This document shows positions 9,893 through 19,562 of a stretch of 64,000 bases of DNA, piece by piece (position 1 is the stretch's first letter; every line of letters starts with the position of its first letter). Source of the stretch: Pseudolysinimonas sp. (GTDB lineage Bacteria; Actinomycetota; Actinomycetes; Actinomycetales; Microbacteriaceae); the NCBI RefSeq assembly GCF_044239695.1, contig NZ_JBIIAW010000003.1, positions 5,316 to 69,315 on the forward strand, read 5' to 3'. The translations under genes and the position numbers were made by a program. The notes beneath the pieces are model-generated. The model had not been told where the DNA came from. It made no database searches and saw only the letters and a program-made list of their open reading frames with translations.

Positions 9893-10774
9893 GTGAGCAC
9901 GTTCGACCCTTCCACCCCCCTGGCCCAGGAGGTCGCCGATCTGACGCGCCGCCGCCTCGCTCTGGCCGACGCCACACTTCCCGTCCCGGCGGAAACCCGG
10001 ATCTTCACCGTCGCCAACCAGAAGGGCGGCGTCGGTAAGACCACCACGACCGTCAATCTCGCCGCCGCCCTCGCCCAGGGCGGAGCGCGGGTTCTCGTCA
10101 TCGACCTCGACCCGCAGGGCAACGCCTCGACGGCCCTCGGGGTGGAGCATCGCGCGGAGGTCGAGAGCGTCTACGACGTCATCGTGGGCGACGCCCCGAT
10201 CCGGGACGCGGTGCAGCAGAGCCCGGAGTTCCCCGGTCTGTGGTGCCTTCCCGCGACCATCCACCTCGCCGGCGCCGAGATCGAGCTGGTCTCGCTCGTC
10301 GCCCGTGAGCAGCGTCTGCGCACCGCGCTCGAGATCTACCTCGGTGAGGTCGAGGACATGTACCACTACGTCTTCATCGACTGTCCGCCGTCTCTGGGCC
10401 TGCTGACGATCAACGCCTTCGTCGCGGCCAAGGAGGTGCTCATCCCGATCCAGTGCGAGTACTACGCCCTCGAAGGCCTGAGCCAGCTGCTCGACAACAT
10501 CAAGCTGATCCAGCGTCACCTGAACCCGAAGCTGGCGCTGTCCACGATCCTGCTGACGATGTACGACTCGCGAACCAACCTCGCCAACCAGGTCGTCGAC
10601 GAGGTGCGCGAGCACTTTCCCGCCGAGACGCTGACGACCGTCATCCCGCGCTCGGTGCGCATCTCGGAGGCGCCGAGCTACGGGCAGAGCGTCATAACCT
10701 ACGACGGCAACTCGCCGGGATCGCTCTCCTACCGTGAGGCGGCGTCCGAGATCGCGCACCGGAGCGTCGTCTGA
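9893..10774 (+). CDS. parA: Chromosome partitioning ATPase ParA (Soj)
   Basis: 293 aa with the deviant Walker A NQKGGVGKTTTTVNLAAALA. Confidence 0.95.
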   Translation: MSTFDPSTPLAQEVADLTRRRLALADATLPVPAETRIFTVANQKGGVGKTTTTVNLAAALAQGGARVLVIDLDPQGNASTALGVEHRAEVESVYDVIVGDAPIRDAVQQSPEFPGLWCLPATIHLAGAEIELVSLVAREQRLRTALEIYLGEVEDMYHYVFIDCPPSLGLLTINAFVAAKEVLIPIQCEYYALEGLSQLLDNIKLIQRHLNPKLALSTILLTMYDSRTNLANQVVDEVREHFPAETLTTVIPRSVRISEAPSYGQSVITYDGNSPGSLSYREAASEIAHRSVV

Positions 10775-11730
10775 TGGCGGCTGCTCCCAAGCGCACCGGC
10801 CTCGGCCGGGGGATCGGCGCCCTCATCCCGACCGCCCCCGTCGACGACACGGGCGGCAACGAGCGTCCCGTCGACGTCTTCTTCGGCTCCGAGAGCGACC
10901 TCGTCGCCGTGCCCGGCGCCCGGCTCGCCGAGCTGGACCTCGGCGACATCGTCCCGAACGCCCAGCAGCCGCGCACCGAGTTCGAGCCGGAGGCGCTGCG
11001 CGAGCTCATCGTCTCGATCCGCGAGTTCGGTGTGCTGCAGCCGATCGTGGTGCGCCCGCGTGCGGGAGCCGCGCCCGGGGAGCCGCAGTACGAGCTCATC
11101 ATGGGCGAGCGCCGATTCCGCGCGTCGAAGGCCGCCGGACGCTCCACCATCCCCGCCGTCGTCAAGGACACGGCCGACGAGGCGATGCTGCGCGACGCGC
11201 TGCTGGAGAACATCCACCGCGCGCAGCTGAACCCGCTGGAAGAAGCGTCGGCCTACAAGCAGTTGCTCGAGGACTTCGGGATCACCCAGGAGCAGCTCGC
11301 CGATCGCATCGGACGCTCACGCCCGCAGATCACCAACACCATCCGGCTGCTCAGGCTGCCGGAGAGCATCCAGACGAAGGTCGCGGCCGGCGTACTGACC
11401 GCGGGCCACGCCCGTGCCATCCTCTCGGTCGGCGACGAGCCGGGGATGCGGAAGCTCGCCGACAAGATCATCAACGAGGAGCTGTCGGTGCGAGCCGCGG
11501 AGGCCGCGGCCGGGCTGCTCGCGCCGCCCAAGCCGAAGACCGCCAAGCCCACCGCCGGCAAGCGTCAGGACCACCTCGGCGAACTGGGGGAGCGCCTCGG
11601 CGACAAGCTCGACACCCGGGTGAAGATCGCGCTCGGGGCCTCGAAGGGCACGATCACGATCGACTTCGCGTCGGTCGCCGACCTCCGGCGCATCTTCGAG
11701 GTGCTCGGGGTCGACTCCGCGGTGGATTGA
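10774..11730 (+). CDS. parB: Chromosome partitioning protein ParB (Spo0J)
   Basis: 318 aa with the ParB box IMGERRFRASK and an HTH region. Its start overlaps the parA stop by 1 nt. Confidence 0.95.
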   Translation: MAAAPKRTGLGRGIGALIPTAPVDDTGGNERPVDVFFGSESDLVAVPGARLAELDLGDIVPNAQQPRTEFEPEALRELIVSIREFGVLQPIVVRPRAGAAPGEPQYELIMGERRFRASKAAGRSTIPAVVKDTADEAMLRDALLENIHRAQLNPLEEASAYKQLLEDFGITQEQLADRIGRSRPQITNTIRLLRLPESIQTKVAAGVLTAGHARAILSVGDEPGMRKLADKIINEELSVRAAEAAAGLLAPPKPKTAKPTAGKRQDHLGELGERLGDKLDTRVKIALGASKGTITIDFASVADLRRIFEVLGVDSAVD

Positions 11731-11750
11731 GACCACTTCCGCCCAGGTGA

Positions 11751-11773
11751 CCGACGCCCGGGACGGGCGTCGG
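11751..11773 (+). terminator. Hairpin downstream of parB
   Basis: CCGACGCCC-gggac-GGGCGTCGG, a 9-bp GC stem with no T-tract. Confidence 0.45.
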
Positions 11774-11784
11774 CGCACGACCGC

Positions 11785-11808
11785 GCGGAGGCGCGAAAGC
11801 GCCTCCGC
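11785..11808 (-). terminator. Hairpin immediately after the ddl stop
   Basis: GCGGAGGCGC-GAAA-GCGCCTCCGC, a perfect 10-bp stem with a GNRA loop. It abuts the ddl stop codon at 11809-11811. Confidence 0.55.
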
Positions 11809-12759
11809 CTACAGCGTGTTGTGCGCAGCTTCGGCCAGGCGGGTGTAGACCCAGCCGAGGTCGTGGCCGGCGGCCTCGAGTGCCTGCGGGAGCAACGAGG
11901 TCTCGGTGAGGCCCGGCAGCACGTTGGCCTCGAGGAACCACGGCGTCCCCGCCCCGTCGACGATCAGGTCGACGCGGGAGAGGTGGCGCATCCCGAGCGC
12001 GACATGCGCCGTGACGGCCGTCTCCGCGGCGCGGGCGGTCACCTCGGGCGAGAGGCGGGCGGGGGTGTAGAACCGCGTCTCGCCGGCGTTGTAGCGCGCC
12101 TCGAAGGAGTACACGCCCGACAGCGGTTCGATCTCGACCGCGGGCAGGGCGACCGGGCCGTCACCGGTGTCGATGACGCCGACCGCGATCTCGGTGCCGG
12201 TGATCTGCTGCTCGACGAGGGCGACGTCCCAGTAGGTGTAGGCCTCGACCATCGCGCGCGGCATGGCGGGGCGCTCGGTGACGATCGTGACGCCTTGCGC
12301 CGAGCCGCCCTGGGCGGGCTTCACGACGAGCGGCACGGGGAGCTCGTCGTCGATCGCGGCGAAGATGGCGTCGGCACCGAGCTCGCGGAAGGCGTCGCGC
12401 CCGAGCGTGATCGATCGGGGAGTAGCGACGCCGGCGCGGGCGACGATGATCTTGGCGGTGGGCTTGTCCCAGGCGAGCCGGGCGGCGGAGGAGTCCGAGC
12501 CGACGAAGGGAACGCCGAGGAACTCCAGGAGACCGCGCAGGGCGCCGTCTTCGCCGCTGGCGCCGTGCAGGGCGGGCCAGACGGCATCCGGTCGGTTGTC
12601 GCGGAGGTAGGCCAGCAGGGTGGCATCCGGATCGCGCAGCTCGACCTCGAGGCCGTGTTCGAGCAGGCTGTCGGCGACCTGCCGGCCGCTGCGCAGCGAG
12701 ATGTCGCGCTCGTGGGAGATGCCGCCGGCGAGGACGACGACGCGCTTCAGGGCACTCAC
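11809..12759 (-). CDS. ddl: D-alanine--D-alanine ligase
   Basis: 316 aa. N-terminus VVVLAGGISHERDISLRSG is typical of Ddl, followed by an ATP-grasp body. Confidence 0.9.
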   Translation of the reverse strand: MSALKRVVVLAGGISHERDISLRSGRQVADSLLEHGLEVELRDPDATLLAYLRDNRPDAVWPALHGASGEDGALRGLLEFLGVPFVGSDSSAARLAWDKPTAKIIVARAGVATPRSITLGRDAFRELGADAIFAAIDDELPVPLVVKPAQGGSAQGVTIVTERPAMPRAMVEAYTYWDVALVEQQITGTEIAVGVIDTGDGPVALPAVEIEPLSGVYSFEARYNAGETRFYTPARLSPEVTARAAETAVTAHVALGMRHLSRVDLIVDGAGTPWFLEANVLPGLTETSLLPQALEAAGHDLGWVYTRLAEAAHNTL

Positions 12760-12766
12760 GGCGCCC

Positions 12767-14068
12767 TCAGCCGGCGTACGGGGGCAGGACGCCCTCGGGC
12801 TCGGCGGGCAGGGTGGAGACCGGACCGGTCTGCTGGAACTCGTTGAGCAGCGCCAGCTCGCCGTTGATGACGATCGCCAGCCGGCGGATGCCTTCGCGGA
12901 TGAAGTCGGGCGTCGGGTAGCAGAACGAGAGCCGCATCGCGTTGCGGCCGGCCCCGTCGGCGTAGAACGCGGTGCCGGGAGTGTAGGCGACGAGCTCCTT
13001 CACGGCACGGGGGAGCATCGCCTTCGAGTCGAGGTGCTCGGGGAGTCGCAGCCAGACGTAGAAGCCACCCGTAGGCACCGTCCACGACAGGGTCGGCAGT
13101 TGTTCGGCGAGCGCTCCGAGCATCGCATCGCGGCGTTCCCGGTAGACGCCGCGGAAGGTGTCGATCTGACCCTTCCAGTCGGCCGAGCCGAGGTACTCCG
13201 AGATCACGGTCTGCGAGAACGACGACGGCGACAGCACGGCGGCTTCGTTCGCCAGGATGAGCTTCTCTCGAATGGCGTGCGGGGCGACCGCCCAGCCGAC
13301 TCGGAAGCCGGGCGCCAGGGTTTTCGAGAACGTGCCGAGGTAGATGACCCCGTCCTCTTCGATCGAACGCATCGCGTGCGGGGGAGCCTGATCGAAGTAC
13401 AGCAGTCCGTAGGGGTTGTCCTCGAGCACGAGGATGTCGTTCTGGCGGGCGATCTCGAGGATCTCCATCCGCCGCGCCCAGGGGAGCGTGACCCCCATCG
13501 GGTTGTGGAACGACGGGATCGTGTAGAGGAACTTGATCGTCTTACCCGAGGCCTTCACGCGCGCGATCGTCTGCCGCAGCGCCTCCGGCTCGAGGCCGTC
13601 GTCATCCATCGGCGAGTGCACGACCTCGGCCTGGAACGACTTGAACACCGTGATGGCGGTCACATAGGACGGGCCCTCGGCGAGCACGACGTCGCCCGGG
13701 TCGAGGAAGAGTTTCGCGACGAGTTCCAGCGCGTGCTGCGAGCCCGTCGTCACGACGAGGTCGTCGACGCCCGCATGGATGCCTTCGAGCGCCATGACCT
13801 CGAGGATCTGCTCGCGCAGCTGCGGCATCCCCTGCCCTGAGCCGTACTGCAGCGCGGTCGCCCCGCGCTCGCGCACCGTGCGCTCGACCGCACCGGTGAG
13901 CAGCTCCTGGGGGAGGGCCGAGACGAACGGCATGCCGCCGGCCAACGAGACCACCTCGGGGCGGCTGGCGACGGCGAACAGGGCACGGACCTCGGAGGCC
14001 GACAGGCCGGCCGTACGGGCGGCGTACAGCCCGCGCCACGGATCCATGTTGTTGCCCTGCATCTGCAT
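12767..14068 (-). CDS. PLP-dependent aminotransferase, class I/II (2-aminoadipate/MocR-core-like)
   Basis: The 508-aa ORF overlaps the next gene, so I chose the internal ATG at 14068 (alternatives 14062 and 14047). The PLP-lysine motif is TFSKTLAPGFRVGW. Confidence 0.85.
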   Translation of the reverse strand: MQMQGNNMDPWRGLYAARTAGLSASEVRALFAVASRPEVVSLAGGMPFVSALPQELLTGAVERTVRERGATALQYGSGQGMPQLREQILEVMALEGIHAGVDDLVVTTGSQHALELVAKLFLDPGDVVLAEGPSYVTAITVFKSFQAEVVHSPMDDDGLEPEALRQTIARVKASGKTIKFLYTIPSFHNPMGVTLPWARRMEILEIARQNDILVLEDNPYGLLYFDQAPPHAMRSIEEDGVIYLGTFSKTLAPGFRVGWAVAPHAIREKLILANEAAVLSPSSFSQTVISEYLGSADWKGQIDTFRGVYRERRDAMLGALAEQLPTLSWTVPTGGFYVWLRLPEHLDSKAMLPRAVKELVAYTPGTAFYADGAGRNAMRLSFCYPTPDFIREGIRRLAIVINGELALLNEFQQTGPVSTLPAEPEGVLPPYAG

Positions 14069-14151
14069 GGACGACAACGTTACCGGGCGATCCCCGGCGG
14101 GACCCGTCCCCCGGACGGGGAACGGGCCAGAACTGACTGACTGGCCCGCGA

Positions 14152-14571
14152 CTACTTCTTGATGGCGACGCCGCGTGAATCCCTGGGAACCTTCGCCGAA
14201 TAGATAGCGAACCCCGTGATCGAGAGTACGAGGGCAGCTACAGGGACCGGGCTTGCCAGCCACCACCATCCACCCCACGTCAAGACGAGCCACGCGGTCG
14301 AGACCGTAATGACGGCCAGAAGGACTGAAAGCACGATGCCGGGTACGTGCCGCCGAGCAGTCGAACGAAGCGCAAGGTCGTCGACCTGCTCTTCGATGCG
14401 AAGCATGAGCGAGCTCCGCGCTTTCCCCGGCGGCAGAGCGTTGTGTATTTCAACCATCTTGGAGATCGGGTTCAGCGGATCGCGATATAGACGAGGCGCC
14501 CCGATAATGGCGCTGCCAATGGCGGCAGCCGCCGCGATGATGCCAACGATGAGGGTGACCGGGCTCTCCAC
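14152..14571 (-). CDS. Hypothetical membrane protein (3 predicted TM helices), atypical codon usage
   Basis: 139 aa with hydrophobic segments at the N-terminus and a C-terminal WGGWWW region. Many A/T-ending codons contrast with GC3-rich neighbours. No family recognised. Confidence 0.55.
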   Translation of the reverse strand: MESPVTLIVGIIAAAAAIGSAIIGAPRLYRDPLNPISKMVEIHNALPPGKARSSLMLRIEEQVDDLALRSTARRHVPGIVLSVLLAVITVSTAWLVLTWGGWWWLASPVPVAALVLSITGFAIYSAKVPRDSRGVAIKK

Positions 14572-14632
14572 ACCCGCAATCTAGCGAGTGGGTGTGACAA
14601 CTTCGCCGACTCGCGCCCCCCGGAGAACGCCA

Positions 14633-14662
14633 GATGCCCCCTCCCGGGCGGAAGGGGGCATC
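14633..14662 (-). terminator. Hairpin downstream of trxA
   Basis: GATGCCCCCT-cccgggcgga-AGGGGGCATC, a 10-bp stem 25 nt past the trxA stop. No clear U-tract. Confidence 0.4.
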
Positions 14663-14686
14663 CGAAAAAGCCTGGTCAGAGGCCTG

Positions 14687-15013
14687 TTACGCGAGGAACT
14701 CCGCGAGGTCGGCCTCGAGCGCCGGCTTCGGCTTGGCGCCGATGACGCGCTTGACGACCTCGCCGTTCTTGAAGACGTACATCGCCGGGATCGAGGTGAT
14801 GCCGTACTTCTCGGCGGTGGCCGGGTTGTCGTCGACGTTGAGCTTGACGATGTCGAGCTTGTCGGCGTTCTCCTCGGCGATCTTGTCGAGGATGGGCGAC
14901 ACGGCGCGACACGGGCCGCACCACTCCGCCCAGAAGTCGACCATGATCGGCTTGTCGGACTTGAGGACGTCGGCCTCGAACGAGGCGTCGGTCACATCCC
15001 TGGCGCTGGACAT
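14687..15013 (-). CDS. trxA: Thioredoxin
   Basis: 108 aa with the active site WAEWCGPCR. Confidence 0.97.
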   Translation of the reverse strand: MSSARDVTDASFEADVLKSDKPIMVDFWAEWCGPCRAVSPILDKIAEENADKLDIVKLNVDDNPATAEKYGITSIPAMYVFKNGEVVKRVIGAKPKPALEADLAEFLA

Positions 15014-15078
15014 CTGTTTCCTTCTTCCTTCTTCAGGTCTGCTGATGCCAACCGCGGGGCGCGGTCGGTCATTCCGGG

Positions 15079-16080
15079 TCAGGCGGAGATGATCGCGGGG
15101 TCCGGCACCGGCGCAGCGGGCTCGCGCGGGTCGCCGCCGGCCGCCACGAGGAGGTCGTTCGGCAGGTCGGCGAGGTAGTGCTCCGCGTCGAGCGCCGCGA
15201 CCGTGCCCGAACCCGCCGCGGTGATCGCCTGCTTGTAGGTCGGGTCGACGACGTCGCCGGCCGCGAAGACGCCGGGGATGTTGGTGCGCGACGATCGGCC
15301 CTCGACGGCGATCGTGCCGGCCTCGGTGAGGTCGAGCTGGCCGTGGATGAGGTGGGTGCGCGGGTCGGAGCCGATCGCGACGAACATGCCCTGCACGTCG
15401 AGCGTGGTCTCGGTGCCGGTCTCGGTGTCGACGATGCCGATGCCGGTGACCTTCTCGTCGCCGTAGACGTGCGCGACCTCCTGGTTCCAGAGCACCTGGA
15501 TCTTGGGATCGGCGAACGCGCGCTCCTGCATCGCGACCGAGGCGCGGAAGGCATCCCGGCGGTGCACGAGGTAGACGGTGTCGGCGAACCGAGTGAGGAA
15601 GGTCGCCTCCTCGAGGGCGGAGTCACCGCCGCCGATGACCGCGACCTTCTTCTGCTTGAAGAACGCCCCGTCGCAGGTGGCGCACCACGAGACGCCGTAG
15701 CCGGAGAGCCGGGTCTCGTCGGCGAGCCCGAGCTTGCGGTACTCCGAGCCCGTCGCGTAGATGACGGCGAGGGCCTCGACCACGGTGCCGTCGCCGAGGT
15801 GGATCTTCTTGACGTCGCCGGCGAGTTCGACCTTCGTCACGTCGTCGTAGACGATCTCGGCGCCGAACCGCTCGGCCTGCGCCTGCATCTTCATCATCAG
15901 GTCGGGACCCATGATGCCGTCGGGGAAGCCCGGGAAGTTCTCGACCTCGGTGGTCTTCATCAGCTCGCCGCCGAACTCCACGCTCGAGGCGATCACGAGG
16001 GGCTTGAGGTTCGCGCGCGCGGCGTAGATCGCGGCGGTGTACCCCGCCGGTCCTGAGCCGATGATCACGATCTGACGCAT
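15079..16080 (-). CDS. trxB: Thioredoxin-disulfide reductase
   Basis: This is the C-terminal 333 aa of a 762-aa shadow-extended ORF, starting at ATG 16080 (MRQIVIIGSGPAGYTAAIYA). Redox motif is WCATCDG. Confidence 0.95.
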   Translation of the reverse strand: MRQIVIIGSGPAGYTAAIYAARANLKPLVIASSVEFGGELMKTTEVENFPGFPDGIMGPDLMMKMQAQAERFGAEIVYDDVTKVELAGDVKKIHLGDGTVVEALAVIYATGSEYRKLGLADETRLSGYGVSWCATCDGAFFKQKKVAVIGGGDSALEEATFLTRFADTVYLVHRRDAFRASVAMQERAFADPKIQVLWNQEVAHVYGDEKVTGIGIVDTETGTETTLDVQGMFVAIGSDPRTHLIHGQLDLTEAGTIAVEGRSSRTNIPGVFAAGDVVDPTYKQAITAAGSGTVAALDAEHYLADLPNDLLVAAGGDPREPAAPVPDPAIISA

Positions 16081-16166
16081 GGCGAAGCCTGCTTTCCGGA
16101 GCTCGCGCTCACATCCACCTGGTGCAACACATCCTAGGTATCCGTTATTTCTGAACCGGTTGCCGT

Positions 16167-17777
16167 TCAGTTTCGTCTGATGAAAGACACGGTGCCGCGC
16201 AGCTCCGGCGCGCGCGTCACGGCGAGCACGAGAAGGAAGACGAGGATGCCGACCACGCCGACCGCCGCCGTCGTGACGATCCCCTCCAGACGTCCCGCGG
16301 TCGCGAACCCGCCCGGGGCGAACCCGCCGAGCAGGGCCAGCACGCCGACCGCCGCTGCGGCCGCGGGGATCGTCGCGAGGGCGAAGATCCCGAAGCGCCG
16401 CACGATGCGACGCCCTCCGCCGCCGAGCCGCCGACGGAGGATGACGGCGCCGGCGAGGGCCTGCACGATGACGGAGAGGGAGGTGACCAGGCCGATGCCC
16501 GCCGCGATCCATGCCGACGGCGCGGCGAGGAGGGCGAGCGTGCCGGCGATGAAGAGTGCGGCCTGCACGACCTGGAGCAGGAACGGGGTGCGGGTGTCGC
16601 CGAGGGCGTAGAACGCGCGCTGCACGACGTAGAGGCTGCTGAACGGCACCAGACCGACGAGGAAGCCGAGGAGCACGATCGCGATCACCCGCGCCTCCTC
16701 GTCGCCGTCGGCGAAGAACCGCGCGAACGGCACCGCTGCCGCCGCGAGCGCGGCACCGGCTCCGGCCACCAGCATCCCGATCGCCCGCAGCGACGCGGAG
16801 AGGTCCGCGCGCAGGGCCGGGATGTCGGCATCCCGCACGGCTGCGGCCATCCGGGTGAAGTAGGGCGTCGCGATCGAGATCGCGATGATCGAGTGCGACA
16901 GCATGAAGATCAGCCAGGTGACCCGGAGCACGGCGAGCGAGGCATCGTCGGGGTTGGCGGTCGAGGCGACGTTGGTCTGCACCAGGTTGGTGAGCTGCAC
17001 GACGAGCACCATGCCGACGACCCAGCCGGCCGCCCGCGCGGGGGCTCCCAGCCCGGCCCCTCGCCAGCGGAAGTCGGGTCGGAACCGCAGGCCGGTCCGA
17101 CGCCAGAAGAACAGCAGCAGGATCGCCTGGAGCGCCACGCCGAGCGTCGCGCCGCCCCCGAGCACCGCGATGCGGTCCGGACTCCACTCCGCTGCCGCGT
17201 CGTGCGCCGGCACGACGCCGTACAGCGCGGCGAACAGCGCGAGGGTTCCGATCATCACGACGTTGTTGAGGGCCGGAGCCCACGCCGCCGGTCCGTAGAT
17301 GCCGCGGGCATTGAGCACCTCGCCGACGAGGGCGTAGACGGCGTAGAAGAAGATCTGAGGGAGGCACCAGTAGGCCAGCGACACCGCCAGCTCGAGGCCG
17401 CCTCCGGCCAGGGCTCCTTCTCGGCTGGCCAGGGCGTAGAGCCGCACGATCAGCGGCGCCGCGAAGGTGGCGGCGATCGTCGTGACCAGGAAGGCGGCGA
17501 CGCCGAGGGTCACCAGCCGGTTGACGAACGCCTGCCCGCCGTCGGCCTGCGTGGCCGCCTTGACGATGTGCGGCACGAGCACCGCCTGCAGCAGGCCCCC
17601 GGCGACGATGGCGTAGATGTAGGTCGGCAGTTGATTGGCGAGGGCGAAGGCGTTCGGTCCCGGCTGGGTGACGCCGATCACGGCGGCGAGCACCGCCGCG
17701 TTGGCGAAGCCGAGGAGGCGCGACAGGATCGTGCCGGACGCGAGAGCGGCACTCGCGCGTCCGACGGTCGCGCTCAC
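16167..17777 (-). CDS. murJ: Lipid II flippase MurJ (MviN)
   Basis: Internal GTG at 17777 (VSATVGRASAALASGTILSRLLGF) forms a GTGA overlap with the upstream gene stop. 536 aa, polytopic. Confidence 0.88.
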   Translation of the reverse strand: MSATVGRASAALASGTILSRLLGFANAAVLAAVIGVTQPGPNAFALANQLPTYIYAIVAGGLLQAVLVPHIVKAATQADGGQAFVNRLVTLGVAAFLVTTIAATFAAPLIVRLYALASREGALAGGGLELAVSLAYWCLPQIFFYAVYALVGEVLNARGIYGPAAWAPALNNVVMIGTLALFAALYGVVPAHDAAAEWSPDRIAVLGGGATLGVALQAILLLFFWRRTGLRFRPDFRWRGAGLGAPARAAGWVVGMVLVVQLTNLVQTNVASTANPDDASLAVLRVTWLIFMLSHSIIAISIATPYFTRMAAAVRDADIPALRADLSASLRAIGMLVAGAGAALAAAAVPFARFFADGDEEARVIAIVLLGFLVGLVPFSSLYVVQRAFYALGDTRTPFLLQVVQAALFIAGTLALLAAPSAWIAAGIGLVTSLSVIVQALAGAVILRRRLGGGGRRIVRRFGIFALATIPAAAAAVGVLALLGGFAPGGFATAGRLEGIVTTAAVGVVGILVFLLVLAVTRAPELRGTVSFIRRN

Positions 17778-19492
17778 TCGGTCTCCTGCGATCCGCCCGG
17801 CTCGGTGGCCGCCCGCTCGGCGACGGCCCGGCGGCGGCGCACGACGACGTTGCGGACGATCCCGACGGCGAAGACGATCGCCAGGACGGCGAAGACGATG
17901 AGTCCGACCGTCTCCCACTGCGCCTGCAAGTCGGCGTCGAAGCGCCGGGACTGCCCGATCGGGGTGCCGGTCGAGGGGCTCGAGAGGCTCACGTCGACCA
18001 CCACGCGGCCGTTGGTGATCGCCTGCGCATCGAGGCGGACCGTCTTCGACGATCCCGGTTCGATCGTCACCTCGGCCGGGCTGTCGATCTGCAGCAGCGG
18101 ACGCAACGGGCGGGCATCCAGTCGCACGGTGACGGCGAAGTCGAGCGCATTCGCGATGCGGATCGGGATCGAGGTGCTGGTGCTCGCGACGAACAGGCTG
18201 CCCGTGTCGACGATCTCCACCGACCCCAGGATTTCGGCGGACCGCTCGAGGAACACGTCGGCCTGCGCCTGCCATTCCGGATCGGCGACCTCCTGCACGC
18301 TCAGGAGCGCCAGCAGCTGCAGGCGCCGAGGAGCGGTGAGGAGCAGAGGATCGCTCAGGATGCTGGCGAACAGGTCCTCCGCCTGCAGCACGGCGGTGAG
18401 GCCCGGGGTAGCCAGCACGTGTGCGCCTGCGGCGCCGTCGACCACGGACGCCGGGTCGGCGGGGCCCGACAGCACGTCGGAGAGCCCGACCATCCGCGTC
18501 GTCTCGCGGGCCTCGATCGCACCGAACGCCTCGTCGAGTCCGTAGAACTTGAACGTCGACAGCCGGTCGAGGGTGAGCACGACGGAGCGACCCGGATGAG
18601 CGGCCCCGAGTCCGTCGAGCGCCGCGCCCAGGCGGGTGAGCGCCTGCTCCCGCGTCGCGTCGTCGATCGAGGTGCTCGCCTCGCGCAGCAGCTCGGAGGC
18701 GGCGGAGTCGGCGACGAGCCCCCGAATCTCGCCGAGATCGGCGAGGGCGCCGCCCGTCTCGGAGAGGTTGCCGGAGTTCAGCAGAACCGCCTCGTAGCCG
18801 GCGGCATCGTAGGCGGCGAGGTCGGCCGCCGCGGCGGAACCGGAGGCCGGCCAGGCGATCGCGGGGAGCGCGGCGGGCCAGGCGAGCAGCTCCTCGGTGC
18901 TCGGGAGCGGTGGCGGGTCCCCGGCACCCGCGTCGGCGGTCTCGGTCGGGGTCGGCGTCGGGGTCGGCGTCGGGGTCGCGGTCAGCTCCGGTCCGAAGTT
19001 CGCCGGGTCGATGGCGAACCCGAAGTCGAGGGCGGTCGCGAGGTCGAGCGACCCGTTCCGGGCCAGCGCCGTCAGGTCGGCGTCGGCGTAGCCGAGCAGG
19101 AAGACCTCGTTCGGCGCCGCGGCGAGCCGGTCGAGCCAGGCGAGTGCGGTGGGCGGAGCCGTCGAGCCCAGCACCCGGATCGAGGCGAGGATCATCGGAT
19201 CGAGCGCGATCGTCGCCGAGGTCGCCAGCAGCTCGTCGAGTTCCCGGGTGAGGGTTCCCGACGGGGAGGTGGCGGTCTCGAGCGTCTCGGCGCCGAGCAT
19301 CCCGTCGTCTCCGGCGCGGAGCGTGATCGGAACCACCACGCTGATCTCGATCGGGGCGGACACGGCCCGCGGTGCGGCGAGGGCCGGGCCGGAGATGATC
19401 GCGGGGGCCAGAACGACGGCGAACGCGAGGGCCGCGGCTGCCGCGCGGTGACGCGCGGGCAGGGCGCGTCCCTGCTCTCGCGCGGCCGACAT
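17774..19492 (-). CDS. Conserved actinobacterial exported/anchored protein upstream of murJ (Rv3909-like; DUF6049 by recollection)
   Basis: Start chosen at ATG 19492 (MSAAREQGRALPARH...), giving 572 aa. It has a signal-like N-terminus, a (TP)n linker and a C-terminal TM helix. The longer 683-aa ORF would overlap cca. Confidence 0.8.
   Translation of the reverse strand: MSAAREQGRALPARHRAAAAALAFAVVLAPAIISGPALAAPRAVSAPIEISVVVPITLRAGDDGMLGAETLETATSPSGTLTRELDELLATSATIALDPMILASIRVLGSTAPPTALAWLDRLAAAPNEVFLLGYADADLTALARNGSLDLATALDFGFAIDPANFGPELTATPTPTPTPTPTETADAGAGDPPPLPSTEELLAWPAALPAIAWPASGSAAAADLAAYDAAGYEAVLLNSGNLSETGGALADLGEIRGLVADSAASELLREASTSIDDATREQALTRLGAALDGLGAAHPGRSVVLTLDRLSTFKFYGLDEAFGAIEARETTRMVGLSDVLSGPADPASVVDGAAGAHVLATPGLTAVLQAEDLFASILSDPLLLTAPRRLQLLALLSVQEVADPEWQAQADVFLERSAEILGSVEIVDTGSLFVASTSTSIPIRIANALDFAVTVRLDARPLRPLLQIDSPAEVTIEPGSSKTVRLDAQAITNGRVVVDVSLSSPSTGTPIGQSRRFDADLQAQWETVGLIVFAVLAIVFAVGIVRNVVVRRRRAVAERAATEPGGSQETE
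18945..18980 (-). repeat. Coding 12-nt tandem repeat (about 3 copies) encoding a Thr-Pro linker
   Basis: GTCGGGGTCGGC x3 on the plus strand encodes TPTPTPTPTPT in the minus-strand CDS. Confidence 0.8.
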
Positions 19493-19562
19493 GACCCCGA
19501 GCTTAAGCGTCTGCGGGCCGCCGAGTCGCGTCATCCTCTGCCGCGCCGGGGACAATGGGGGG

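Noticed and set aside
16081-16166. A SigH/SigR-type promoter (GGAAT-N18-GTT) upstream of trxB.
   Set aside because: I could not find a convincing match by eye in the 86-nt spacer. No call is made.
18945-18980. 12-nt tandem repeat, considered as a CRISPR-like or regulatory repeat.
   Set aside because: It lies in frame within a CDS and simply encodes a (Thr-Pro)n linker. There are no spacers. At most it is a length-variable coding microsatellite.
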